DNA of 64,000 nt. It comes from Selaginella moellendorffii (taxonomy: Eukaryota; Plantae; Lycopodiophyta). The notes beneath the pieces were generated by a model. The model saw only the letters and a program-made list of their open reading frames with translations, was not told the DNA's origin and searched no databases. The translations under genes were made by a program, and so were the position numbers. Positions 49,619-62,975 of this stretch are shown here, one piece after another (position 1 is the stretch's first letter; every line of letters begins with the position of its first letter). Where the stretch lies: positions 773,924 through 837,923 of the forward strand of contig NW_003314289.1 of NCBI RefSeq assembly GCF_000143415.4, given 5' to 3'.

Positions 49619-52600
49619 TGTGAGGGCTAAGTGTACAGCTATGATGCTGTATACTAATATTAGTGTAGTGGGATTTTGGTAGTCGTTAGATCTTGCTCCT
49701 ATATATAAACTAGGGTTTTTTGGGCTAATTGATATGCACATTTTTTGTATTCCCTTTCCATATTCCAAGCACTCACATTGCTAGAGGTGAGGGGCACTTT
49801 TAATTGTCCTTGAGGAGTGTTTGGATTTAGGATTTTGGTTTAGATTTAGCTTTTGCATCGTCTAGATCTAGTTTTTTCCATTTCTTTTCTTTTGTTCTTT
49901 CATTTCAGAGTTTTGATTTAGATTTAGCTTTTTGCATTGTTTAGATCTATCATTTCCTTCTAGCTTTTTATCATTTCTTTTCTTTTGCTCTTTCTTTTTT
50001 GTTCATCTTCATGGCAGATCAGCAATCTCCTCCTCTAACTCTAGAGCAATAGTTGGTACAATTGCTTGATGCTATGCGTTTGCAATTGAACAACCAAACT
50101 CAGTTGATGGTAGCGTTCATGGCATGTGGTACAACTCCTCTTGCTCTTGGTGCCATCCTCACGTTTGGTCGGAGTTCTTTTGCAAGAATCTTGGGGATGA
50201 TGTGTATTATTGGTTTGATCACTTTACGGTGATTGCCCCATATCATTTTTGGGATGATGCTTGACGTTCGCATGAGTTTCCCATGTGTCATCAAGGGACG
50301 GCGTTGCAATGGTACAATGGTTTGAGCACAGCCACTCGTGGGGATTTGAGTGTTCTCCTGGACATCTTCAAATGCACCTTCGAACATGCCGACGACTGTG
50401 ATGATGCTTTTCAACAATTGCATCATCTTCGCTAAGGGCCATCTGAATCAGTGATGCAAATTTAGCGTTTGTTTCCGAAGTCTTTTGCTTCGTGTGGAGC
50501 CAAATATATCGAAGTAGATCAAGCTAGGAATGTTGTGGCCAGCACTTCGTCAAGATCTTGTTGGACTTGTGCATGCACTTGCTCTTGCCACCCTTGACGA
50601 TGCTCTTCGCTTGGCACAACATTATAAGATGTCACCTCTTCCATTTCTCGCTGCACATCCTTCCATTCCACTTCCTATGGGTGATGGTCCTGTTCCAATA
50701 GAGGTTGATGCTACTGTTGCTCGAGTCCAAGGACAAGCGTGAGGACGTGGTCATGGCCATGATGTTTGCTGCTGGGCGTATGATGAAGTTGGTCATATTT
50801 ATCAGCGTTGTCGGCATTTTCTGGATTGGTGACCTCCATTTCCTGGGTGGAGACTTTGGCGTCAGCAACGTCCCGTTAGTGCTATTGCAATGGAAGGTCT
50901 GGACACTGAGATGCATCCGGGAAACAAAGAGTCGCACGAGTAACGGATGGACCTTGCGTGAGGTTCATTCAGTGTTTACTTTCAAGGCTCATTTTTATAA
51001 CAAAAGGTCTCCTATTATTCTCTCCGTGTTAGTTGATACAGGTTTATCTTCTATTGTTCGACCTGTTGCCACACATTGTCGTCTACACTTGCGTCGTGTG
51101 GCAGAACCAGTTTTCATTCTTTATAGCAATAACCATACACATGCATATGCACGGGATGAAGTGGATATGTGGGCGATCTCGAGCGTGAGTTGCAGTCGTT
51201 GCGGGTGGTGCTGAGTCAAGCTTTTGACCTCATTCTTGGTATGAATTGATTGCTAAGTGTGACTTTGAGGATTCTCCCCCTTGTCTTATACTTCCTTATG
51301 TTTCATCTATTCCTTTTACTTTTGTACCTCTTTGTTTTTCTACTTCTACCTCTGCTTCTATTACTTTTGTTCCCCCACTATTTCCTTCTGTGTTTCCCTC
51401 TTGTTCTGCTTTTCCCTTTTCTGATTCCTCCGACGATGTTTGTGTTGCAGCGGTTGACCAGCTCATGAAGGAGTATTCTGATCTCTTTGAATTTGACCTA
51501 TTATCTAGGGCCAAGATTGCCACACGTTATCCGATTCTAACCAAGGATGCTCGTCCAATCAAGGTTTCTATTTGTCGTCGGTCACCCAAGGAGATCAAGA
51601 TTTTACATGCAAACGTCAAAGAGATGTTGGAGAAGGGTGTTATTCGAAAATTGCAGAGTTCTTGGGTATGTGAACCTCATCTTGTAATGAAGCCTGATGG
51701 GAGTATTCGTTTCTACATCAACTATCATCCGTTAAATGAAGTGACGATCCCAGATGTGTACCCTTTTCCTCATATTGTTGATCTCTTGGATCGTCTAGGG
51801 CAAAGTTATTGGTTCACCAAGCTAAATCTTGCTTTTGGGTATTGGTAAGTACCGATGGCTGAAAAAGATATTCCTAAGACTACTTTTCATACACCATTTG
51901 GTTTGTACGAGTTCTTGGTGATGCCATTTGGTTTGAACAATGCTCCAGAAACTTTCCAGCAGATGATGGACGAGGTTTTTTGTGATATGCCAGAGGTGAC
52001 TACTGACTTCATTGATGATGTCTTGATCCACTCGAAGGGGATGTGGGAGGAGTATGTTTGTGATGTTTGTAAAGTGTTGCATGTTTGGGTCCAAAGATAC
52101 AACTTATCTTGGGCATTGTATTTCTCATGAGGGTTTGCCAGTTGATCTTGACAAACTTGTGGCTGTTTTAAAGTTCCTTACTCCAAAGTGTGTGAATGAT
52201 GTGTAGCGCTTCCTTGGTAAGGTGCAATATCTCGGTCATTTTGTGGATCAACTTTCTAATTACACTACACAATTGCGAGCATTGCTGAAGTCATCAACAT
52301 CATCTTTAATCTTGTCTCTGGATGGTGAGTGGGCGTTTGNNNNNNNNNNNNNNNNNNNNNNNNNNNNNNNNNNNNNNNNNNNNNNNNNNNNNNNNNNNNN
52401 NNNNNNNNNNNNNNNNNNNNNNNNNNNNNNNNNNNNNNNCAACTCCTCTAGTTTTGGCATATCCTGACTACACTTGACCAATTATTTTGTGTATGGATGC
52501 TTTTGACATTAGTCTTGGAGGTGTGTTGATGCAAGAGAGCTTGAGTGTGCCTGGTTAGTGCCATCCCATTGCGTATATAAGCCATACATTACAACCAGCG

Positions 52601-54561
52601 GAGATGAACTACTCAACAATAGAGAAGGAGTTTTTAGCAGTAGTCTGGGGTTTCGAGAAACTTCATGCATATCTACATGGTTCTCGGACGTTATGTGAAG
52701 ATGACCGTGCTGTTGTTACTTCATTATTGAAGCGGAAGAACCTGGTTGGTTATACTACTCAATAGACTTTGAAGTTTCAGATATATGATTTTGGTGTTGT
52801 TCATTACATAAGGAGTTCTATGGCTGATGCTGATGCCCTTTTTTGAGCTCCTCTTCCTTCTCCACGCTCTTTTCATATTTCTGACGAGCCTATTATTCCA
52901 GCATCTCTAGATTTTCTAGATGAGGATTTTGTGCTGTCGGTGGTTGTTGTCTTTGACGTTCAGTGTCCACAAAGTGCAGAGCAAGATTTACCTTCTCTTG
53001 ATGAGGTTCGCGAAGCTCAAAAGATTGAGCCGTGGGTTCGAAGGCTTTGAGATGGGTTTGAGAATCCTACATCATTTGCTAATGACCTGCCTTTCCGGCA
53101 TTTACATTCTCAATATTGCCTTGATGATGACCTTCTTTATTTTGTGGGGATAGATCCTAATGATCATTTACGGCTAGTGGTGCCTTATGTATTTATTCCA
53201 CAGTTTCTCCATGCCTATCATGATTTTCCTGTTCTAGGTGGGCATATGGGACACCGTCATATAACCAAGAAACTGCGCAGTTCTTTCTATTGGCCAGAGA
53301 TGCAATATGATATTATCCGATATGTGCGTAGCTGCGTTTGGTGCCAAGCTTGTAATACTCCCCCTCATGTTACGGAAGGATGGTTGAAGTCAATTGTGGT
53401 TTCCCGTCCGTTTGAGTTGGTGGCATTTCATCTTATGGGACCTTTTCCACGGTCAACTACTGGCAATGAGTATGTTATTATTGCTTCTGACTACTTGACT
53501 CGTTGAGTGGAAGTTGGTGCTCTTGTTAACGCCTCTGTAACTGTTGTTGGATACTTCTTTATCAATCGAGTGGTGTTCTAACATTCTTGTCCAGAGCGAA
53601 TTCTTTCGGATAATGGTCCCACATTTATGGCTGAGGCATTTCATGTTTTGACGTCTCGGTTGGGGATATGCCACACTTTCAAGAGTGCTTATTATCCACA
53701 ATCAAACGGTCTTGTGGAATGGCTCATTTGGACATTCAAATGGATGATTGTGAAGTATGTGAACTTTCATCATTTAGATTGGGATGGTTATTTGTCGTCT
53801 CTTCAATATACATATGTCACAGGGGTGTAGAGTTCTGTTGGTGCTTCACCATATAAACTCTTATATAGTCATGATCCAATATTACCAATAAAGTTGGGTT
53901 TACCTTTGCGATTGTTATGAGCTGCCGATGTTAGGTCATAGGATTAGTATTTGACAAGCATTCTTCCACTTGTCCGAGTAGAGTCTGCCAAACACTTAGG
54001 CCGCATACAAGTGGGACAACAATAGCACTACAACTCCCATCATCATCCATCTGCAAAGTACAAAGTGGATGATTTGGTGTTAGTCCGTTTTCCCCATCTT
54101 AGGGTACGTGGTTTATCTAAGGGGCTTCTTGCACAGTGGAAAGGACCGTATCAGGTGTTGTGGCAAGTTGGACCACAAGTTTATGAGGTTCAACATGACG
54201 TTCAACAGGCCAATCCTTCAGAGATTGTGCATGTGTAACGGCTAAAACGCTTCGTACAAAGGGATTGGGAGGAGTTAATACCACTTACAGATCCGCTAAT
54301 GCCTCCTCCTGACGTTCCTCCAGATCCCAGCTCATCTACACGAGAACCCTTATGGTCTTCCATTATTCCGAGAGGAGGGGATGATGTGAGGGACAAGTGT
54401 ATGACTACGATGCCGTATACTAATATTAGCGTAGTGGGATTTTGGTAGCTGTTGGATTGGTTTCAATCTAAACCACTCGCTCCTGTATATAAGCTAGGGT
54501 TTTTTGGGCTAATTGATATGCACATTTTTTGTGTTCCCTTTTCATTTTCCAAGCACTCACA
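49619..54561 (+). mobile_element. Full-length but mutated Ty3/gypsy LTR retrotransposon without chromodomain; short LTRs, 4-bp TSD GATT
   Basis: 5' LTR 49619-49777 and 3' LTR 54385-54561 (TGTGAG...CTCACA), with PPT gagaggaggggatga. Internal order is gag (ATG 50011), protease, RT ([16 protein letters not shown]), RNase H and integrase (H..GGHMG, CVWC, YYPQSNGLVE, WKGPY). Many stops and frameshifts. GATT flanks both ends. Confidence 0.93.
52340..52439. other. Assembly gap (100 N; about 21 bp by comparison with the paralogous element)
   Basis: The flanks gggcgtttg and caactcctcta align to the - strand copy near 57712-57745 with 21 bp between them. Confidence 0.85.
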
Positions 54562-54618
54562 GATTTAATTAATAAAGGTTGTTATAAAGAAAAATATTTC
54601 CATCATCTGTTTTTTGAT

Positions 54619-55955
54619 TGTAATACCAAGAAGAAGGGCAATACCTCCATGAATTGAATCAAGCAAAGAATGCTCAATCCAACAAATCCACACCACAAGG
54701 AATCAGGCAGCATATGACACTGCTAAGAGCCAAGAGGAGTGCACAGCTGTGAGACAAGCTCATGAATTGAGCCTAGGAGGTATTGCTCCAGCACTTCCTG
54801 TAGCGCACGTGGTTTTGACCCTTTATCCTATGGTGATTTACCATAGGATAACACCACGAAGCGGAACCTAAACCCTCTTTGTGCCACGTGACAGATGCCA
54901 TGTGTCACATGCCACGTGTCCATGCCACGTGTCCATAGGAACCCGAGGTTCAGGGCCTTGGGCCACTGAACAAACGAACGGTGCCAAACTCCCAAGCATA
55001 GAGCCAAGGAGTGATGGAACCAAACCACGGAGCAACTCTCGAGCATATAGCCCAAAGAGCGAAGGGACAGGGGCCCGGAGCGACTTGGAACAGTCCTGGA
55101 GCAACCAGCATCCTAATGCCAGGATCAGCATGCAAAACGGAGCCAAACAGAGTCTGGCACTATTTCAGCATACCGGTGGCCTAACGTGAGAGTATGGGTA
55201 CTCCACCAGCTAGCATGGAATGGAACTTGGGCTTAGACCCAAGCCGGACGCAGAACAAGGACAGGCATGCAAGCGGGAGCTAGACTATGCCTCAGGTTGG
55301 TCGGCCATGCCCGACCTACCCACTATCCCTACTATACATTTGGAACCCCCCATAGCCCCCCCCCCCTTGAGGAACACACGCTTTGGGCTTTCACCCCAAG
55401 CCTCCCTTAGTATCAGGAGTTAGTCTCTGGGACAAACTCGAAACTTACTAAATATGGAATGTCCCTAGATTGTGAATTTGGACACGGGACGAACACCATT
55501 GTGTTCGGGCCGATCTCTACATTCCGTAGATATGCCAAATGAGCGAATCTAAACACTTTCCATAAATAGCATTTGGGACCGAAATGAGACTAACACAAAG
55601 GGCATGATAGCGAGGGTGTTTGGCAGACACGGTAAGCTATCATGTAGCGATATTGAGGGACCAATCTCAATACGCGAGGGTTCTTGTCGAGCCAGTGCAA
55701 GATAGAGCAAAAGAGAACTAAGAAGCTGGGCCGAGTATGCTCAGCTAAATAGACACTTAGGAATTCCTTCCTTATGCTCATCCGGCCAAGTACAGATGCA
55801 AAGTCCAGTTTACTAACACTTGAATAAGAGGGACTAATAAAGGGTCCAGCAATACCGACCTCCTGCCATCGTGGCAGTAAGGTAAGAGTGTCCGTAAGGA
55901 CTAGCCGACAGGTAACTTTCGATACCCGAAGTCACATTCGCGACACTTCCCCACC
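54619..55955 (-). mobile_element. Probable ~1.3-kb LTR of a different retroelement family, with an adjacent PPT
   Basis: GC-richer block. On the - strand GGTGGGGAAG precedes TGTCGCGAATG (55945) and the block ends in ...GGTATTACA (54619). No TSD and no coding domain. Confidence 0.4.
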
Positions 55956-56540
55956 AAGAATGTGCTAGGAATTGTGGAGGCAACATGCCAATTAAGCTTG
56001 ATCTACAAGAACTCTAGAGTTGCAAGAAGTATATGCAATACTGGTGAAAGGAAGATGTGTGTCTTAGTTGTCGATAGGAAGATAGTACTTGAATATTTGT
56101 ATTTGAGAATAAATTGTACCAAGAATGTCAACCAATTATAAAGATAGATTTGACTGAATAATGATTCAATCCAGATAGACAGTCTAATGCTTTGCTATTG
56201 CTATTAGCATATTATTAATATTAGTATAGTTATCATGTCATACCTTGGTGGCTTCACATTTAGTGTATTTTACATTGGTGGAGTTAGGTAGAATATGTCA
56301 TTAGAGCACATATAAACACATTTTTGATAGATTTTTCTATAAATTAACTAATAAATATGATGGTTGGCATTGAATAGGATATAGTTTTAACTAAATGATG
56401 CAAATTTTTACTAGGAACATTACCAATCCTTTATTTTAATAAGTTACTAGTTGTTATACTATACAAAAATTATTATTTTAACTTGCACCAGAAAATAATT
56501 CAAGTAGAAATTTTTAAAAATCTTCTTTTATAGGTTGCTT

Positions 56541-59390
56541 TATGAGTGCTTGGAATAGGGAAAGGGAATACAAAAAATGTGCCTATCAATTAGCCCAAAA
56601 ACCCTAGTTTATATACAGAAGCGATTGGTCCAGATTGAAATTAATTTGATAGCTACCAAAATCCCACTACACTAATATTAGTATACAGCATCGTAGCCGT
56701 ACACTTGGCCCTCACATCATCCCCTCCTCTCGGAATAATGGAAGACCATTAAGGTTCTTTTATAGACAGGCCGGGATCTGGAGGAACATTAAGAGGAGGC
56801 ATTAGCGGATCTGTAAATGGTATTAACTCCTCCTGATCCCTTTGTATGAAGCTTTTTAGCCGCTACACATGCACAATCTCTAGAGGATTGGCCTGTTAGA
56901 CGTCATGCCGAACCTCATAAATTTGTGGTCCAACTTGCCACAACACTCAATATGGTCCTTTCCATTGCACAAGGAGCCTTTTAGATAAACCACGTACCAT
57001 AAGATGGGGAAAACGGACTAACACCAAATCATCCACTTTGTACTTCGTAGGTGGATGTTGATGGGAGTTGTAGCACCATTGTTGTCCCACTTGTATGGGG
57101 CTTAAATGTTCAGCAGACTCTTATCGGACAAGTGGAAGAATGCTTGTCAAATACTGATCCCACGACCTAACATTGGTAGCTCGTGGCAATTGCGAAGGTA
57201 AACCCAGCTTCATTTGTAATCTTGGTAATCCTCGTCTAGAAAATCTAGAGATGCTGGAATAATAGGCTCGTTAGAAACATGAAAAGAGAGTGGAGAAGGA
57301 AGAGGAGCTCAAAAAAGGGCATCAGCATCAGCCATAGAACTCCTTGGGCGATGAACAACATCAAAATCATATATCTGAAGCTTCAAAGCCTATCGAGTAG
57401 TACGACCAACCAGGTTCTTCAGCTTCAATAATGAAGTAACAATAGCATGGTCATCTTCAAATAACGTCTGAGAACCATGTAAATATGCATGAAGTTTCTC
57501 AAAACCCCAGACTACTGCTAAACACTACTTCTCTATCGTTGAGTAATTCATCTCTACTGGTTGTAATGTATAGCTTATATACGCAATGGGATGGCACTAA
57601 CCAAGCACACTCGAGCTCTCTTGCATCAACACACCTCCAAGACTAATGTCAAAAGCATCCACATGCAAAATAATTGGTCGAGTATAGTCAGGATATGCCA
57701 AAACTAAAGGAATTGTTAATAGCTTTTTGAGATCCACAAACGCCCACTCACAATTCAGAGACCAGATGAAAGATGATGTTGATGACTTCAGCAACGCTCG
57801 CAATGGTGCAGTGTAATTAGAAAGATGATCCACAAAACGACTGAAATATTGCACCTTGCCGAGGAAGCACTACACATCATTCACACACTTTGGAGTAGGG
57901 AACTTTAAAACAGCCACAAGTTTGTCAGGATCAACTTGCAAACCCTCATGAGAAATACGATGCCCAAGATAAGTTATGTCCTTGGATCCAAACACACACT
58001 TCAACCGCTTCAGCTTTAAACCAACGTTGCATAGCTGATCCAACACTTTATAAATATTATGAATGTGCTCTTCCTATGTCCCCTCCAAGTGAATCAAGAC
58101 ATCATCAATGAAGTTAGTAGTCACCTCCAGCATATCGCAAAGAACCTCATCCATCATTCGCTGGAAAGTTGCTGGAGCATTGTTTAAACCAAACGGCATC
58201 ACCAAGAATTCGTACAAACCAAATAGTGTACGAAATGCAGTTTTAGGAATATCTTTTTCGGCCATCAGTACTTGCTAGTACCCAAAAGCAAAATCTAGCT
58301 TGGTGAACCAATAACTTCGCGCTAGACAATCCAAGAGATCAGCAATGTGAGGAAGAGGGTACACATGGGATCATCACTTCGTTTAACGGACAATAGTTGA
58401 TGTAGAAACAAATGCTCCCATCAGGCTTCATCACAAGATGAGGTTCACATACCCAAGGACTCTGCAATTTTCGAATAACACCTTTCTTCAACATCTCTTT
58501 GATGTTTGCACGTAAAATTTTGATCTCATTGGGAGACCGACAACAAATAGGAACCTTGATTAGACAAGTCCGACAAGATCTTGACGAAGTGTTGGCCACA
58601 ACATTCCTAGGTTGATTTGCTCTGATATATTTGGCTCCACACAAAGCAAAAGACTTCGGAAACAAACGCCAAATTGCATCACCGACTCACCTTGGCAAAG
58701 ACAATGCAATTGTTGGAAGGCATCATCACAGTCGTTGGCATGTCCGAAGGCGCGTTTTAAGACATCTGGGAGAACACTCCAATCCCCACAAATGGCTACA
58801 CTCAAACCCTTGTACCACTGCAACGCCGTCCCTTGATGACACATGGGAAACTCACACAAATTTCAAGTATCATCCCAAGAATGATATGTGGTAATCACTG
58901 TGAAGTGATCGAACCAATGGTACACATCATCCCCAGGATTCCCACAAAAGAACTCCGGCCGAACGCAAGGATTGGCACCAAGAGCAGGAGGAGTTGTACC
59001 ACGTGCTGTGAACACTACCATCAATTGAGTTTGGTTGTTCAACTCCAAATGCATAGCATCAAGCAATTGTACCAATTGCTCTAGAGTCAAAGGAGGAGAT
59101 TGCTAATTTGCCATGAAGACGAACGAAGAAAGAGCAAAAGAAGAAAAATGATAAAAAGCTAAAAGGAAATGGTAGATCTAGACAATACAAAATGCTATAT
59201 CTAACCCAAAATCCTGAAAGAAAAGAACAAAAGAAAGGATAATATAAAAAATGTGCATATCAATTAGCCCAAAAACCCTAGTTTATATATAGGAGCAAGT
59301 GGTCCCGATTGAAATTAATCTGATAACTACCAAAATCCCACTACGTTAATATTAGTATACAGCATCGTAGCCGTAGACTTGGCCCTCACA
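56541..59390 (-). mobile_element. Internally deleted copy of the short-LTR gypsy family, 4-bp TSD GCTT
   Basis: 3' LTR 56541-56716 with PPT and a partial 5' LTR at ~59245-59390. gag, RT ([17 protein letters not shown]) and RNase H remnants are collinear with 49619-54561, but the protease and most of the integrase are missing. GCTT at 56537-56540 and 59391-59394. Confidence 0.92.
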
Positions 59391-60287
59391 GCTTGAAATT
59401 TGATTCCCCAATTTGATAAAAATCCTAATTTGTATTTTTTATATTTATTAAGTTTGAAACCATAATCCTATTAATAATGTTGGCAAAATATGCTTCAGAA
59501 AATATAGAGATAGTAAATATTTAACATATTAATTTATGAAAAGAATTAAATTTTAATATTTCTTTAGTATTTCTATATTAAATTTATTAATTTGATAAAC
59601 TTTTTATTTTAGATAAGTTAAATTAATTTCTACCTCTGTTATATTTTAATAATATTATTTATAACATAAATAAGCACAATCATATAAAATAAAGGTACTA
59701 TTATCTCTTTTACTTTTGTCTTATTCATTCTTCTTTATGGTAGAGTATCATCGTTCTCCTCCTTTGACTCTAAAGTGGCAATTGGTATAATTGTTTGATG
59801 CTATGTGATTATAGTTGAATAATCAAACATAATTGATAGCAATATTAACTCAACGACATGTAACTTTTAATATTCATAATTATATTTGCAACACTTTCCC
59901 CCCTTTAGGGAAAATTGGTGTATTTTTCAATACTTACTCTAGTTTAGATCATCACTAGAGAAACAATTTAAGAAAAAATTTATCATATTCAAACTTTTAT
60001 GAAACACAAATCCTTAAGCCCTAAAGTGGAGTTGAAAGTATGCCTTATGGCAGTGGTTAAAGCAGAAGTCTAATGAGTGTAACACATTTGGACTAAATGC
60101 TTAGACTTGGAAAATCAAGAGTGAGAGTGGAACTCCAAACGAAATGCTCAAGGAATGAACATGAAGCAATTGATGAATGAGTCTCTAGAAAGGGACTCTA
60201 CCTTGGACTTAGTTTTGACACTTTCATGTGTCACAACACTTATCATATATCAATCCTTATGTCCAATAAGGAGCTAAGATAAAACTT

Positions 60288-60560
60288 GAGATGGAGTTTG
60301 AGATAGAGTTTGAAAAAGAGTCTAAGGTGGAGTTTAAAAAAGAGTCTGAGGTGGAGTCCAAAAAAGAGTCTAAGATGGAGCCCAAGGTTGAATTCGAGAT
60401 GGAGACTAAGACTGGGTCCAAGATTGAGGTTGAAACTAAGACCAAGACTAAGACCAAGATTGAGACCAAGACTAAGACCAAGACTGAGACTAAGATTGAG
60501 ACCAAGACTGAGTTTGAGTCCAAATCCTAATTTGAGTCCAAGTTCAAGTTTGAGTCCAAA
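60288..60560 (+). repeat. Degenerate hexamer-period tandem repeat (RAGNNN)n
   Basis: gagactaagaccaagactaagaccaagattgagacc...; yields low-complexity ORFs in several frames. Confidence 0.85.
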
Positions 60561-62706
60561 TATTAATACAGGTTGAGGGGTCAAAACCCAAAGCCCAAAG
60601 CAATTGTTCATTACAAGAGGGTTTCAAAAGTATAGTAGGGAGAATATAAGGTTGAATTTTAGAGGAACTAGTTTGGTTAGGAAAGCGCAATGTGACCCAA
60701 GAAGGTTATACATACATGGTGGGTGGTGACATAACCACTAAAGAGTTCAAGGCTAGAGTGAATACGAACAAACAAACGAGGTAGTTTAGTGAAGTGTTCA
60801 AGAGCCAACTCTAGCTTTCTTGGGAAATTGAATGGCTGATGCTCTTAATTCAAGTGTGGCCACATGGCACTACCTACTTGGATACTTGGCATAACTTATT
60901 AAACCTCATTGTAAAGCACATAAGGGAGGAAGGTAGGGAGAGTATCCACAAAGCTTATGTAGGGCCATGATATTTTGAAAGGTTGTTCCAAAGTCTTAGA
61001 CTATGAAAAAGAAAAAAAGCAATCCTCTTATATAGTGATAAAAGCATGGTCATATGGTGAGAAAGCCTCAAAGGTTAATAGGACTCAATGGTTGAGATTT
61101 TGGGTCTTAATGGTAGTGTTAGCGAGCACGACTATAGATGGAGAGGGATTTAGTGGGGATTAAAGAAGGGACATTAGGGAAGGGTGTTCCCTATGTCTTT
61201 GGGCATCCGAAGGATGTTAAGGTGTGGTCATAAGATGACTACTCATGGACAAATATAATGAATTTATGCTCAATAAATAATCACCAAACTTATCCTCTAA
61301 GAATCCATTGTTTAAAGCAAGAGGTAACTCACTTGATATTAAGAGCAATAAGAATCATTTGATATAATCAACTCAACCAAGGATTCAACAACTATAATCA
61401 ATCATCAATTCTTTCTTTTGCAAAGTTAGTATAGTCACTTTTCAAGAAAGAATCAAATTTTAACCCCTACTAAATAATTTCATCTACAATATAGCTAACT
61501 AAACTTGTCACTCGTCTCAAGAAGTGGGCCGGGGTTAGAGAACTAGGTGGGGGCTGGCATCTTACCCGACCAGGCCCACCAACTCTTTTAAAAGCTAATA
61601 TAGTTGCTAATTAGCAAGCCAATGATATAGTTTTCAGGTAAAATAATTAATAAATTAGCTATTGGAGAAGTTTAAGAAAATTTGTAAAAAAGCTTCCATC
61701 TTAGATAAAGAATGATTCTCAGTCTAGAAATGACTTCACATAAGTTCACTTCATCATAAGTTTTCATAACCCAACAATATGCTTAATTATTGAACATCAT
61801 GCCCAACTATTTGACATCTAACAATGACATCTACAATTGCTAATAAATACCCAAAATTTGATTATAAAGACCATATTTTTTATATCCACACTGCACTTAC
61901 ACTCTTCTTTAATCACCTTCAAAATCAAATGTAAAGCCAAAATACTAACAAGAAAAATAACATGAAAGTTAAGTTATAAGGAAAACTACTCATCACTTGA
62001 CATAATAAGCCACTTCCATTAACATAAGTGTTAGCAATGTCAATATTTTAATTACACATTTTCAAATTATCTAACAATTTACTCCAAGTGTTAACAGATA
62101 AATCAATAAGCTATAAAAATGAATGCTATAACTTTTCTAAAACTTCAATGAGTAAACTTTTAAAAACCAAGGTACAACAATCATCTTAGCATAATAGATC
62201 ACCTTTGAGAACCAAGTCAAAACTAGTATAATACTACTATTTGTAAGTAAACTAACTTTTCTATCATTGTTTGTCTAAACAACTTCATAAACACATTATT
62301 CATAATTATATAGATATGATATGGAAATCACAATAACTTAGCCATCAATCGAGAAACACCATAAGCAAGGCCACCTTATTACGTCAAAGGTTTACATGAG
62401 TATCAAGTGCTAACTTAATTCGACAAAATATAATATAATGCTACATTCTACCGATGGAGATTTAGAACATTTAATACCACCAACTTCATTCACAATATAT
62501 ACAAACTCATATCACTCTCTTTCCGACCAAACTCAAAACTAATTCAATACCAAGCTATTTAAAAGGTAATAGTAAGGTTAATCCAGTTTTAACTGATCCA
62601 TTTGTAATCATGCCTAGGAAGGATCCATTAGTGCTATACTAAACAACTATGGATCAACCTATTTGCCATTCTTAGCAAACCTAGGGAAGATTTACATTTA
62701 CCTAGA

Positions 62707-62806
62707 NNNNNNNNNNNNNNNNNNNNNNNNNNNNNNNNNNNNNNNNNNNNNNNNNNNNNNNNNNNNNNNNNNNNNNNNNNNNNNNNNNNNNNNNNNNNNN
62801 NNNNNN
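62707..62806. other. Assembly gap (100 N)
   Basis: Run of N. Confidence 1.
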
Positions 62807-62975
62807 TCTGGCCTCGAATTTAGACGGCTCGCGTATTAAGGTTTATCCCCACGGGGAGTCGGGCGTAGTGCCCTACGCCTGGTCGACCTATCCAACCCAT
62901 GCTAATTAGCTTACCTTCGGCGCGCCTTCAGGTCCCAACATATGCCACTTGCTCAACTTTGCAAATTGATATTTT

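Noticed and set aside
60243-60611. Leu/Gly-, Arg/Pro- and Glu/Lys/Thr-rich ORFs
   Set aside because: By-products of a hexamer tandem repeat that is open in several frames; no domain or gene structure.
61523-61580. GC-rich imperfect inverted repeat (gtgggcc...ggcccac) in AT-rich DNA
   Set aside because: No Helitron-type CTRR end or TIR partner was found, so it cannot be assigned.
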